This document shows, piece after piece, positions 43,201-52,351 of a stretch of DNA of 64,000 nt (its first letter is position 1; every line of letters begins with the position of its first letter). The stretch covers positions 19,577 to 83,576 of the forward strand of contig DASCPX010000037.1 in assembly GCA_036012755.1 (NCBI GenBank), read 5' to 3'. Source of the DNA: Myxococcota bacterium. Lineage in GTDB: Bacteria; Myxococcota_A; UBA796; CAJQPC01. Made by a program: the position numbers and the translations under genes. The notes beneath the pieces are model-generated. The model saw nothing but the letters and a program-made list of their open reading frames with translations. It searched no databases and had not been told where the DNA came from.

Positions 43201-44189
43201 GGGGCGAGGCGGTGCTGCGCCTCAAGGCCGGCGAGATCGGCCACCTCATCGGTGACCACGATACCTCCGAGCGCCACCTCCAGATCGCACTGGAGCTGGC
43301 CGCCGAGGGTGGCAGCGGAGACCTCGAGGTCGCCTGCTACCTCGCCCTCGGTCGTGTCTTCACGGCGACCGGTCGGACCATCCTTGCCTCCGCGAGCCTG
43401 GAGCAGGGCCTCAGCGAGACGAGGATGCGCAACGACCCGCGGCTCTGCGCCGAGTTCCTCAGCGCTCTGGCCCACCTCGCCAGCGAGGGCGGTGACTACG
43501 CCACCGCCGAGGCCTACCTCGCAGAGGCCATGGAGCTCGCCGGCGACGACCCCGTCACCGCGGCGCTCGCTCAGCTCGGCATGGCCAATCGCTACCTGCG
43601 CGACGACAGGCCGCAGCAGGCCTGGCGCTACCTGCAGGACGCGCGGGTCCTCGCAGAGGTCTCCGGCGACCGGATCCTGATGGGCCGTATCTACAACAAC
43701 CTGGGCACCGCGCGGCATGGGCTCGGTGACTACGCCAAGGCGCTCGAGTACTTCCGAAAGGCCCTCGATACCCGGCGCGGGAGCGGCTACCGCCACGGGC
43801 TGGTCATCAACCTCCACAACATCGGGGACGCCCACATGCGCCTCGGTCGCCTGGGTCGAGCTCACGCCGCCTTCCTCGAGTCCCGTGACATCGCGCGGCA
43901 GGTCGGCTTGGAGCGCCAGGTCGCCCTCAACGACGTCTTCATCGGCTACCTCGCGGCCCTGCGCGAGGACACGGGGTCGGGCCTCGCCCAGCTCCGCAAG
44001 GCCACCGCCGCCGCCGAGCGCCTCGAGGACCCCGAGACGGTGCTTCGAGGCCACTGGCTGGAGGGCAAGGTGCTGCGGGAGGCCGGCCGGGACCAGGCGG
44101 CCCGCGCCGTGCTGAAGAAGGCCCTCGAGGCGGCGCGGGAGATGGGCTCGGCCTGGATCGCTCGCGACATCGAGGCCGAGCTCTTGTGA
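40227..44189 (+). CDS. Ser/Thr kinase - degenerate class III cyclase - STAND-type ATPase - TPR protein
   Basis: HRDVSPHN, DFG, YMSPE; cyclase-like VLVAEVVGLT..HDTITMLFG..GLHRG..GNVVKLARRL; GEAGSGKT, VVEDLQ; TPRs (YNNLGT, LHNIGD). Confidence 0.88.
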   Translation: MDLPAPFGKYQLLERIATGGMAEVFLARSFGVEGFEKRLVIKRILPQLAHSQHFVQMFIREAKISALLSHPNIVSVYELGKVGQDHYIAMELIHGRDLTRSVRRRRAMGLALPLPVAVYVTAGLARGLAYAHSRVDAEGNPAPIVHRDVSPHNVLLSFQGEVKLADFGIARMLNELEREPTGQPGGGKFAYMSPEQARGERIDQRSDIFSCGIVLYELLVNHRLFQDPDPQEKLRQVREAIVPDPREEVPAIPDRLWDILQVALSRDPGDRYADAGLLEEDLRAFLFEAGHRIDDASLGSFLRELFEDELGPDPSAALLQNLAHELTRLEESMDQTRSDATSTASSAPSEPGARRPIGEKKSVAVLVAEVVGLTDASEVIEPEEVLRQQETVNRALARVAGRFHGWLDAPSHDTITMLFGIPRAFEDDLDRALACSLELLRAVRKLRKKGQPVELAVGLHRGEVALSGTPDDMSYVPRGNVVKLARRLAALADPGEIRVSDLVASLGGDRWRFNLGPRIRMKGRRKDLSTFVLAGRRRKVRGGPGGRWIRRAGELEVLASAITGLAEGRGGVLAISGEAGSGKTRLVRELREQAARGRVPCYVARCYPYGNEHPLAALRDVVAAVLGIEDDDPPEVIRQRLARLSELSVDEPDIATIGDFFALGSQRRAQPTKEDIYGAGSAFVKGLARSRPTLTVVEDLQYMPVFERQLLGHLVRASAGSRLLWILTWRGRKPPSELPRPSEEIRLGPLDDEARSQLAADILAVRAIGPDLVDFVDRHATKNPLYVVEVVKSLQQKGGIKIEGRKARLSDPTGGEVLLPPTLEGLVSSRVDDLDPAAKGALQIAATIGLSFSPTLVAEAAGLEDAAPLFRDLVDAGLIVPEGGEERRHTFASHLVWQVVRRSILGVQLRDHHRLVAEGMERLFADHLEPHYDALASHCAAAGRLVDAARFVNLAGDKHRTGAFLERALACYERGVAWLEMAEGKDGGGSLRGEAVLRLKAGEIGHLIGDHDTSERHLQIALELAAEGGSGDLEVACYLALGRVFTATGRTILASASLEQGLSETRMRNDPRLCAEFLSALAHLASEGGDYATAEAYLAEAMELAGDDPVTAALAQLGMANRYLRDDRPQQAWRYLQDARVLAEVSGDRILMGRIYNNLGTARHGLGDYAKALEYFRKALDTRRGSGYRHGLVINLHNIGDAHMRLGRLGRAHAAFLESRDIARQVGLERQVALNDVFIGYLAALREDTGSGLAQLRKATAAAERLEDPETVLRGHWLEGKVLREAGRDQAARAVLKKALEAAREMGSAWIARDIEAELL

Positions 44190-44199
44190 GGGTGGCTCC

Positions 44200-45417
44200 G
44201 TGAAGGTCTTCCGTCTCGCTACAGGGCGCCCGGTGCCGCCGCTGTCCGACCCGCCGCTGGAGGTCCAGATCCTGGGTCGATCGCTCGAGGTCTACCAGCG
44301 GGAGGAGATCGAGGAGGCTGGATGCGTGCTGGTCGATACGGTCCCGCGCGATGAGCCCTACCTGCTCATCAGCGACCGGACGTGGTTCACCCGCGCCACG
44401 CTCGAGTTCATCAAGGAAGCCCCGGGGCGCCTGAAGGTGAAGGAGCGACAGTGGCGACGGGCGACCGGGCCGCTCCAGCAGCTCATCGAGGAAGACGTCT
44501 ACGAGCTGGCGCACATCCCGAAGGGGCTGCCACCGGTGTTCACCTCGGTCCCGAACCGAGAGATCGAAATCGGCATCGTCTGGCCGGAGCTGCCGACGCC
44601 GGTGCACTCCGCGATGGCCCACGCGGTCGAGGTCCCGGAGCCCATCTGCGAGGCCGGCGTTCTCCAGATCGACCACTGGTGCCACATCCTCAAGGCCAAC
44701 CTCCTGGCGATGGGAGCGACCATCCAGCGTGAGAAGCGGCGCTGGGAGGAGTCCTTCATCCTCGTCAAGCTCTGGAAGATCCTCGGCATCCTGCTGCGCG
44801 CCCGCTCACTGAAGCCGACCTACCTGCTCCAGGCGCTCACGACGGTCGGCAAGCGCTGCCTCATCCACCCGAGCGCCGTCATCGAGGGCTGCGTCCTGGG
44901 CGACGACGTGCACATCGGCGCCTTCGCGGTCGTGCGGGGCTCGGTGCTCAAGGACGGGGCTCGCGTCGAGGAGCACGCCATCGTCAACGGGAGCATCATC
45001 GGCGCCGGGGCCCGAGTCGGCCGGCGCGGGATGTGCAACCTCTCGGTGCTCTACGACAACGCCTTCGTCTCGACCGGCTGGGGCCACCAGTTCTGTCTGG
45101 TCGGCAAGGAGGCCTTCCTCGCCCACAGCGCGATGGTCTACGACCTCTCCTTCGACAAGCCGATCAAGGTCTGGCAGCGCGGCGAGCGCGTCAGCTCGGG
45201 CTGGTACTTCCTCGGCGCCGCGATCGGGCACCGCGCTCGGCTGGGGGGGCGCACGGTGGTCGGCTACGGCGGCGAGGTCCCCAACGACGCCCTGCTCGTC
45301 GGACCTGCACACGAAGCGCTCAGGAAATGGGAGGAGGGACCAGGGCCCCACCGGGTAGTGGATGGCATCGCCAAACCGCTCGGGATAGGCCGAGGGGCTC
45401 CTGGCGAAGAGGAATAG
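44200..45417 (+). CDS. Left-handed beta-helix (hexapeptide repeat) protein
   Basis: VGKRCLIHPSAVIEGCVLGDDVHIGAFAVVRGSVLKDGARVEEHAIVNGSIIGAGARVG. Confidence 0.75.
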   Translation: MKVFRLATGRPVPPLSDPPLEVQILGRSLEVYQREEIEEAGCVLVDTVPRDEPYLLISDRTWFTRATLEFIKEAPGRLKVKERQWRRATGPLQQLIEEDVYELAHIPKGLPPVFTSVPNREIEIGIVWPELPTPVHSAMAHAVEVPEPICEAGVLQIDHWCHILKANLLAMGATIQREKRRWEESFILVKLWKILGILLRARSLKPTYLLQALTTVGKRCLIHPSAVIEGCVLGDDVHIGAFAVVRGSVLKDGARVEEHAIVNGSIIGAGARVGRRGMCNLSVLYDNAFVSTGWGHQFCLVGKEAFLAHSAMVYDLSFDKPIKVWQRGERVSSGWYFLGAAIGHRARLGGRTVVGYGGEVPNDALLVGPAHEALRKWEEGPGPHRVVDGIAKPLGIGRGAPGEEE

Positions 45418-45419
45418 CC

Positions 45420-46691
45420 ATGCTGCTGTTGATGATGGCGTGTGCGGGTGATGGCGATGCGACCGCGCCCGGCGGGACCGGCAAGACCGGAAAGGCCAAG
45501 GCCGACGCGGAACCTGCTGCGGTGCCCGAGCCCACGGTCGAGCTGCTCACGGGTCCGACGCGGCCCGCGCTGTTGTTGACCCACGCGTGGTTCTGGACCG
45601 ACGACAAGGGCATGCCCAACCCGGGTCCGGCTCGCCTCGACGTGTGGCGCTCCGGCGCCGAGGGATGGGAGCGGACCCGGCTCGAGGATCCCGACAGCAA
45701 CGTCTTCCACAAGGCCGTCCAGTACCAGGGCGGGATCCTCACGATCGGCGCCGATGGCCCCTACCTCAAGCACTGGACCAACGGCGACGACGGCAGCTGG
45801 AACGACACGGTCGTCTGGCACCACGCGGAGGGCTGGGGCGGCAAGTACAACCGGCTCCGCGACATCGAGATCGGTGACGTCGACGGTGACGGCGTCGACG
45901 AGCTCGTCATCGCGACCCATGACGGCGGCGTCGTCGCCGTCGTCGAGTGGCAGCCGGGGGCCGAGGCCCAGGTCACCCAGCTCGACGCGAAGGCTGACAC
46001 CTTCGTCCACGAGGTCGAGATCGGTGACGTCGACGGCGACGGCACCAACGAGTTCTTCGTGACTCCGAGCGACCGCAACAAGGCCAACGTGAGCCAGTCC
46101 GGCGGCGTCGCGATGTACAGCTGGGACGGCACGACCTACGTGCGCAGCTGGGTCGAGGAGCCCTCCCAGGGCACCCACGCCAAGGAGGTCACTGTGGTCG
46201 ACCTCGACGGCGACGGCGTCTCAGAGGTCTTCGTCGTGAACGAGGCCGAGATCGATCCGGTCGACAAGACGAAGATCCTGAAGCCTGTCGAGGTCCGCCA
46301 GTACTCCCTGGCCGACGGCGCCTGGTCCCACACTGTCATCGCCACGATCGACGATCGGCAGACCCGCTTCCTGGTCCCCGGCGACTTCGACGGTGACGGA
46401 AACACCGAGCTCATCGCCGCAGCCTTCAAGACCGGCCTGTACCACCTCACCCCCGGCGAGGACGGCTGGACGAGCACCCGCTTCGAGCAGGCCAGCTCCG
46501 GCTTCGAGCACGCTGTCTTCCCCGCCGACCTCGAAGGCGACGGCCAGCTCGAGCTCTACGTGGCGGCAGACGACCAGCGCGAGCTCAAGATGTACACGTG
46601 GAACGCGGAGCGCAAGGGCTTCGACAAGCAGCTCCTCGGCAGGCTCGACTCCCAGGTCCTGACCTGGAACATCACGGCGGCGTCTCTATAG
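45420..46691 (+). CDS. FG-GAP/VCBS-repeat beta-propeller lipoprotein
   Basis: MLLLMMA-C; five GDxDGDGxxE-type repeats; true start 45420. Confidence 0.8.
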   Translation: MLLLMMACAGDGDATAPGGTGKTGKAKADAEPAAVPEPTVELLTGPTRPALLLTHAWFWTDDKGMPNPGPARLDVWRSGAEGWERTRLEDPDSNVFHKAVQYQGGILTIGADGPYLKHWTNGDDGSWNDTVVWHHAEGWGGKYNRLRDIEIGDVDGDGVDELVIATHDGGVVAVVEWQPGAEAQVTQLDAKADTFVHEVEIGDVDGDGTNEFFVTPSDRNKANVSQSGGVAMYSWDGTTYVRSWVEEPSQGTHAKEVTVVDLDGDGVSEVFVVNEAEIDPVDKTKILKPVEVRQYSLADGAWSHTVIATIDDRQTRFLVPGDFDGDGNTELIAAAFKTGLYHLTPGEDGWTSTRFEQASSGFEHAVFPADLEGDGQLELYVAADDQRELKMYTWNAERKGFDKQLLGRLDSQVLTWNITAASL

Positions 46692-46714
46692 GGGCACGGG
46701 GGTATCTCCGGTCC

Positions 46715-47778
<1,064 letters not shown>

Positions 47779-47782
<4 letters not shown>

Positions 47783-48603
47783 GGCTGTCTCGCTGGGGGC
47801 AACTCGTAGTCGGTGTAGACCTCGCGCACGACCTGGACCATCAGCTGCTCCGCGAAGCTGCGGGCCGCGTTGTCGGTGGCCACGCGGAGGGCTTCTTCGG
47901 GATCGCTGTAGTCAGCGCGCTCGGTGGCCCGCAGGGGCGGACCTTTGGTATCCCGCGCCTTGTAACGCACGGGCTGGCTCTTGAGCTCCACCTCTGTGGC
48001 GTGGAGGCGCGTCCGGGCGAGGTTTCCCTCCTGCGCGACGCGGAAGTGGGGCTCGAGGAAGATGAGGATGCTGCTGTCGGCGGACTCGGCGACGTCGGAG
48101 TCTGGGACCTTGAAGCCCATGTCGCCGATGTGGCGCTGGAGCTGCTCTTCCAGGGCGGCGACCGCCTCTTCGGTCAAGTCCGGACTCGGCAGGATGCGGA
48201 TCGTGACGCTGAGCACGTCCTCGTGGTTCACGCGGGACTCCGGGTCCTGGAGCACGCTGAGCCAGGCTGCTCGGACATCGTCGAAGGGCATCTGGACGTC
48301 GCGCCGCTGGGCCGCCACCGCCAGGAGCACCTTGGCGAACTCCAGGCTGTCCTCTTCCTGGAGGTGACCGAAGTCGCGCAGCGTCTCCGCCATCGCGATC
48401 CGTCCGCGGATCAGCGGCCGGGCCGAGTCGAGCTCACGTCGCTGGGCCTCTGCGTCGCACGCGAGCCAGGAGTCGATGACCCGCTGCCAGTCCTCGCCGA
48501 GCGCCTCGACCTCGGTCTGGCAGGTCATCACGTAGACCTGCTCCGGCGAGAGCCGACTCATGTCGGTCCCGGCTAGGGCGATGCTGAACAACAGTGGGCT
48601 CAT
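47779..48603 (-). CDS. Hypothetical exported protein
   Basis: MSPLLFSIALA signal; 4-nt overlaps with both neighbours. Confidence 0.65.
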
Positions 48604-49652
48604 GTGGTCTCGGGAGGCCAGGGCGGGAGCTTACCGTGCCTGTGCTCCTCGCCTACCCGATAGCGCAGCCAGCCCATGTAGTTGTCGCGCCACCAGTCCT
48701 CGAAGTCGAAGCCCTCGAACTCTCGGGCGACCAGGGCCCGGTAGTTGTCGTCGCCGTAGACGCGGCCGCTGATGAAGTCCGACAGGTGAAGCTCCTCGCC
48801 CTCGATGCGAAGCACGGTCGCCGACGCGAAGGTCCAGCTGCCGGTGTTGACGTAGCGCCGCTGTCCGAGCTCCACGATGCCGGGGAGGTGGGCGTGACCG
48901 CAGACCAGGGTCCTGTACGGCCCGGCGCCGAGGGCAGAAGTGGCGGGGTGGAACATCGACCCCGGGTCGCCGATCTGGCAGCGGGTCCAGTAGCGCGCCG
49001 TCCGGCTGACGTACTCGCTGTGGCGCGTGTCGTCGAAGAGCGTGTCGAGCACCCTGGCCAGGCGTCGCCTGAACCAGATCATCTTGTGGACGCACCAGAA
49101 CCCGAAGCGGTTCCAGGGGTTGTAGTAGTGCTGGAGCGGCAGTCGGAACCAGGTGTTCAGGACTCGCTCGACGAGGTGGTGGACGCGCGTCCGGCGCTCG
49201 GACTCCTCGACGTCGAGGCTGATGATGGGGTCGAACTCGTAGCCGTGGAGGATGCAGGTGTGGTCTCCGACCTCGACGCCGTGCACGACCGGCAGACGGA
49301 GCACGTCCCGGTAGAGGCCCAGATCGTGGTCGTGGTTGCCGAGCACGTAGTAGAAGCGGCCACGGGAGGCGAGCTTCGAGAACGCCCCGAGCACCTTGCC
49401 GTGGGCCTTGAGGATGTTCGTGAAGAACCAGGCCTGGGAGAAGTCGATGGCGTCCCCGGCGACGACCAGGGTGGCCTCCTCGGCCTCGAGTCCTTCGAGG
49501 AAGCGCAACAGCGGCTTGTCCTTCGCGACGAAGATGTCGGAGGAGCTCCCGTCCCCGAGGTGGGTGTCCGAGATCACGTAGACGACGCCGCCGTCGTCGA
49601 TGCGCACGATGTCCCGCTGCCCGTCGTCGTGATCCCAGCCAAAGACTTCCAC
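48600..49652 (-). CDS. Metallophosphoesterase (LpxH-like family)
   Basis: SDTHLG, GDAID, GNHD, LHG, CGHAH, YVNTGSW. Confidence 0.8.
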   Translation of the reverse strand: MEVFGWDHDDGQRDIVRIDDGGVVYVISDTHLGDGSSSDIFVAKDKPLLRFLEGLEAEEATLVVAGDAIDFSQAWFFTNILKAHGKVLGAFSKLASRGRFYYVLGNHDHDLGLYRDVLRLPVVHGVEVGDHTCILHGYEFDPIISLDVEESERRTRVHHLVERVLNTWFRLPLQHYYNPWNRFGFWCVHKMIWFRRRLARVLDTLFDDTRHSEYVSRTARYWTRCQIGDPGSMFHPATSALGAGPYRTLVCGHAHLPGIVELGQRRYVNTGSWTFASATVLRIEGEELHLSDFISGRVYGDDNYRALVAREFEGFDFEDWWRDNYMGWLRYRVGEEHRHGKLPPWPPETT

Positions 49653-49677
49653 GCCATCATTGTTACGTGCCGGGACG

Positions 49678-50307
49678 ATGACGCCACTTCAGCCGGTCAA
49701 GACCTTCGCCGGAGGCCGCATCGGCTTCCTCGGCAGCTTCCCGGAGTTTCACCTGCTGCCGCGGACATCCCTGCCCGAGATCGCCTTCGCGGGCCGCTCG
49801 AACGTCGGCAAGTCCTCTGCGATCAACAAGCTCTTGAACGTCAAGAAGGTGGCGCGGGTGAGCAACACCCCTGGTCGGACCCAGGCGATCAACCTCTTCG
49901 TGGTCGAGGACCGCGTCGTCTTCGCCGATCTGCCCGGCTACGGCTTCGCGAAGGTCCCCCTCGAGGTCAAGGCGCGCTGGAAGGGGCTCGTGGAGGGCTA
50001 TCTCGGCGGTCGTGAGCAGCTGAAGCTCGTCGTGGTGCTCGTGGACGCACGGCACGACGTGCAGCGCCTCGACGCCGAGCTCATCTGGGGGCTGCGCCAG
50101 GCCCGCATCCCGATCCGAGTGCTCGCGACGAAGTCCGACAAGCTCAAGCGCAGCCAGCGCCAGAGACACTGGGCGGCGCTGCGGCGGGGCTTCAAGCTCC
50201 GTGGCGACGAGCTCATCGGCTTCTCCAGCGCGGACGGGATGGGCCTCGAGACAGCCTGGAGCGCCTTCGACGCGGCCGCCGCCGGAGACCTGGAGCCAGA
50301 GAGATGA
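49678..50307 (+). CDS. engB: Ribosome biogenesis GTPase EngB/YihA/YsxC
   Basis: GRSNVGKSS, PGRTQ, DLPGYG, TKSDK. Confidence 0.95.
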   Translation: MTPLQPVKTFAGGRIGFLGSFPEFHLLPRTSLPEIAFAGRSNVGKSSAINKLLNVKKVARVSNTPGRTQAINLFVVEDRVVFADLPGYGFAKVPLEVKARWKGLVEGYLGGREQLKLVVVLVDARHDVQRLDAELIWGLRQARIPIRVLATKSDKLKRSQRQRHWAALRRGFKLRGDELIGFSSADGMGLETAWSAFDAAAAGDLEPER

Positions 50308-50894
50308 GCCGCAAGAAGGCCAACCCCTACCGCGGGGATCGCTTCACCAAGGCGGCCAAGAAGCAGGGCTACGCGGCCCGCTCGGTCTTCAAGCTCGAGG
50401 AGATCGACCAGCGCTTCGGGCTCCTTCGCAGGGGCCAGAAGGTCCTCGACCTCGGCTGCGCTCCTGGATCGTGGTCTCGCTACGTCGACGAGTGTGGGGC
50501 GAGCGTCGTCGGGGTGGACATCGTCGAGACCAAGGGCATCCCCGGCGTCTTCCTGCTTCGCTCGGTGCTGAAGGTCACGCCCGAGCGACTCCGCGACGCC
50601 CTCGACGGGGAGGCGGACGTCGTGTTGTCCGACATGGCTCCGCGGACCACCGGCGACCGCTTCGGCGACCACGTCCGCCAGGTCGCGCTGGCTCGGAGAG
50701 CGCTGGAGCTCTGCGACGCCCTGCTGAGAACTGGCGGGGCCTTCGTCGTGAAGGTCTTCGACGGCGAGGACGCCCCGGCGTTCACCGACGAGGTCCGCCA
50801 CCGCTTCGAGCGCGTCAAGCGGGTCAAGCCCGAAGCGACCCGGAGTCGGAGCGTGGAGTTCTTCCTGGTGGGGACGGGGTTCTCGGGGCGCTAG
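50304..50894 (+). CDS. rlmE: 23S rRNA 2'-O-methyltransferase RlmE/FtsJ
   Basis: RSVFKL, LDLGCAPGSW, SDMAP, KVF, SVE (K-D-K-E tetrad). Confidence 0.93.
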   Translation: MSRKKANPYRGDRFTKAAKKQGYAARSVFKLEEIDQRFGLLRRGQKVLDLGCAPGSWSRYVDECGASVVGVDIVETKGIPGVFLLRSVLKVTPERLRDALDGEADVVLSDMAPRTTGDRFGDHVRQVALARRALELCDALLRTGGAFVVKVFDGEDAPAFTDEVRHRFERVKRVKPEATRSRSVEFFLVGTGFSGR

Positions 50895-50904
50895 GAGCGC
50901 CGGA

Positions 50905-52338
50905 TCAGAGCGAAGACAACCAGGCCAGCAAGGCCGGGACGCCCGCACCCGTCGCGCCCTTCTCCAGGTGACCCTCCGCCTTCGAGATGAAGGCAGGGCC
51001 GGCGATGTCCAGGTGGGACCAGGTCTTGCCCTCGGCGACGAAGTTCTGGAGGAACAGCGCCGCCGTGATCGAGCCCCCCCAGCGGCCACCGACGTTCTTG
51101 ATCTGACCCCAGCTGCCCTTGATGAGCTCGTCGTACAGCGGCTCCAGGGGCATGGGCCAGAAGGCCTCGCCGCCGCACCTGGCCGCCTCGTTCAGGGTGT
51201 CGCGGAAGGCCTCGTCGTTGGCGTAGAGCGCCGTGTAGTGCTCGCCGAGCGCCACGACCGCGGCGCCGGTGAGGGTGGCGAGGTCCACGATGTGGGTGAC
51301 GTCCTCCAGCGCCGAGGCGTAGGACAGGCAGTCAGCCAGGATCAGGCGGCCCTCTGCGTCCGTGTTGAGGACCTCGACCGTCTTGCCGTTGTGCATCGTC
51401 AGGATGTCGCCGAGCTTGTAGCTGGAGCCGGACAGGAGGTTCTCTGCGGCGCCGAAGATGCCGTGCACGCGGGCCTTGACGTCGAGCGCCCCCAGGGCGC
51501 TCATCGCCCCGATGACGGCCGCCGCTCCGCCCATGTCGCAGCGCATCGTCTCCATGCCGCTGGTCGGCTTGATCGAGAGCCCGCCGGCGTCGAAGGTGAC
51601 GCCCTTTCCGACGATGGCGACCTCTGCCGTCGGAGCGCCCGTGGGCTCGTAGACCATGTGCACGAAGCGGGGCGGGCGGTCCGAACCCTGGCCGACCGCG
51701 CCCAGGCCGCCCATGCCAGCGCTGTCGATGCGCTCGTCTCCCCAGACCTCGACCGACAGCCGCGCGGTGGCGAGGTCCACCGCAGCCTGGGCCAGGGTCT
51801 CCGGGTAGATCTCCGCCGCCGGCCCGTTCACGAGATCGCGGGCGAAGCCGCGGGCAGCACCGAGGGTCCGACCGCGCTCGAGGTCCGCGTCGTTGGCGAT
51901 CGAGCCGACCAGCGCCACGCTCTCCATGGGGGCCTTGCGATCGGCCTCGGCGAGGTTCCGGTCGTAGCGGTAGTTGCCGGTGACGAGGGCCTCGACGGCC
52001 GCGGTCGTGTGCTCTGGGCCACCTGTGAGGCCAATGCGCAGACTCGCGCAGCCCTTGGACCGCGCGAAGTGGCCCACCGCTCCGGCGGCCCGCCGGATGT
52101 CCTCGACCGAGCCGCTCCCGGTGCCGACCACGACGACCCACTTCGCCTCGACGCGGCCCATGGCGCGCACCGGGAAGGTCTTGCCCGCCACCGGCGAGAA
52201 GGGCTCGTCGGTGAGCGCGGCGGACAGCGAGCCGCCGAAGGCCTGGTCGAGCCCGTCAGGCAGGTCGTCGATCGAGTCGATGCCCACGGCGAGGAGGTCG
52301 GCTGGCGCCAGCAGGACGCCGCTGAGTTCGAAGGTCAT
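50905..52338 (-). CDS. pepA: Leucyl aminopeptidase (M17)
   Basis: GKGVTFDAGG, DMGG, NTDAEGRL, ATLTGA, HLDIAG. Confidence 0.95.
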   Translation of the reverse strand: MTFELSGVLLAPADLLAVGIDSIDDLPDGLDQAFGGSLSAALTDEPFSPVAGKTFPVRAMGRVEAKWVVVVGTGSGSVEDIRRAAGAVGHFARSKGCASLRIGLTGGPEHTTAAVEALVTGNYRYDRNLAEADRKAPMESVALVGSIANDADLERGRTLGAARGFARDLVNGPAAEIYPETLAQAAVDLATARLSVEVWGDERIDSAGMGGLGAVGQGSDRPPRFVHMVYEPTGAPTAEVAIVGKGVTFDAGGLSIKPTSGMETMRCDMGGAAAVIGAMSALGALDVKARVHGIFGAAENLLSGSSYKLGDILTMHNGKTVEVLNTDAEGRLILADCLSYASALEDVTHIVDLATLTGAAVVALGEHYTALYANDEAFRDTLNEAARCGGEAFWPMPLEPLYDELIKGSWGQIKNVGGRWGGSITAALFLQNFVAEGKTWSHLDIAGPAFISKAEGHLEKGATGAGVPALLAWLSSL

Positions 52339-52351
52339 GGGAGTCTCCTGG

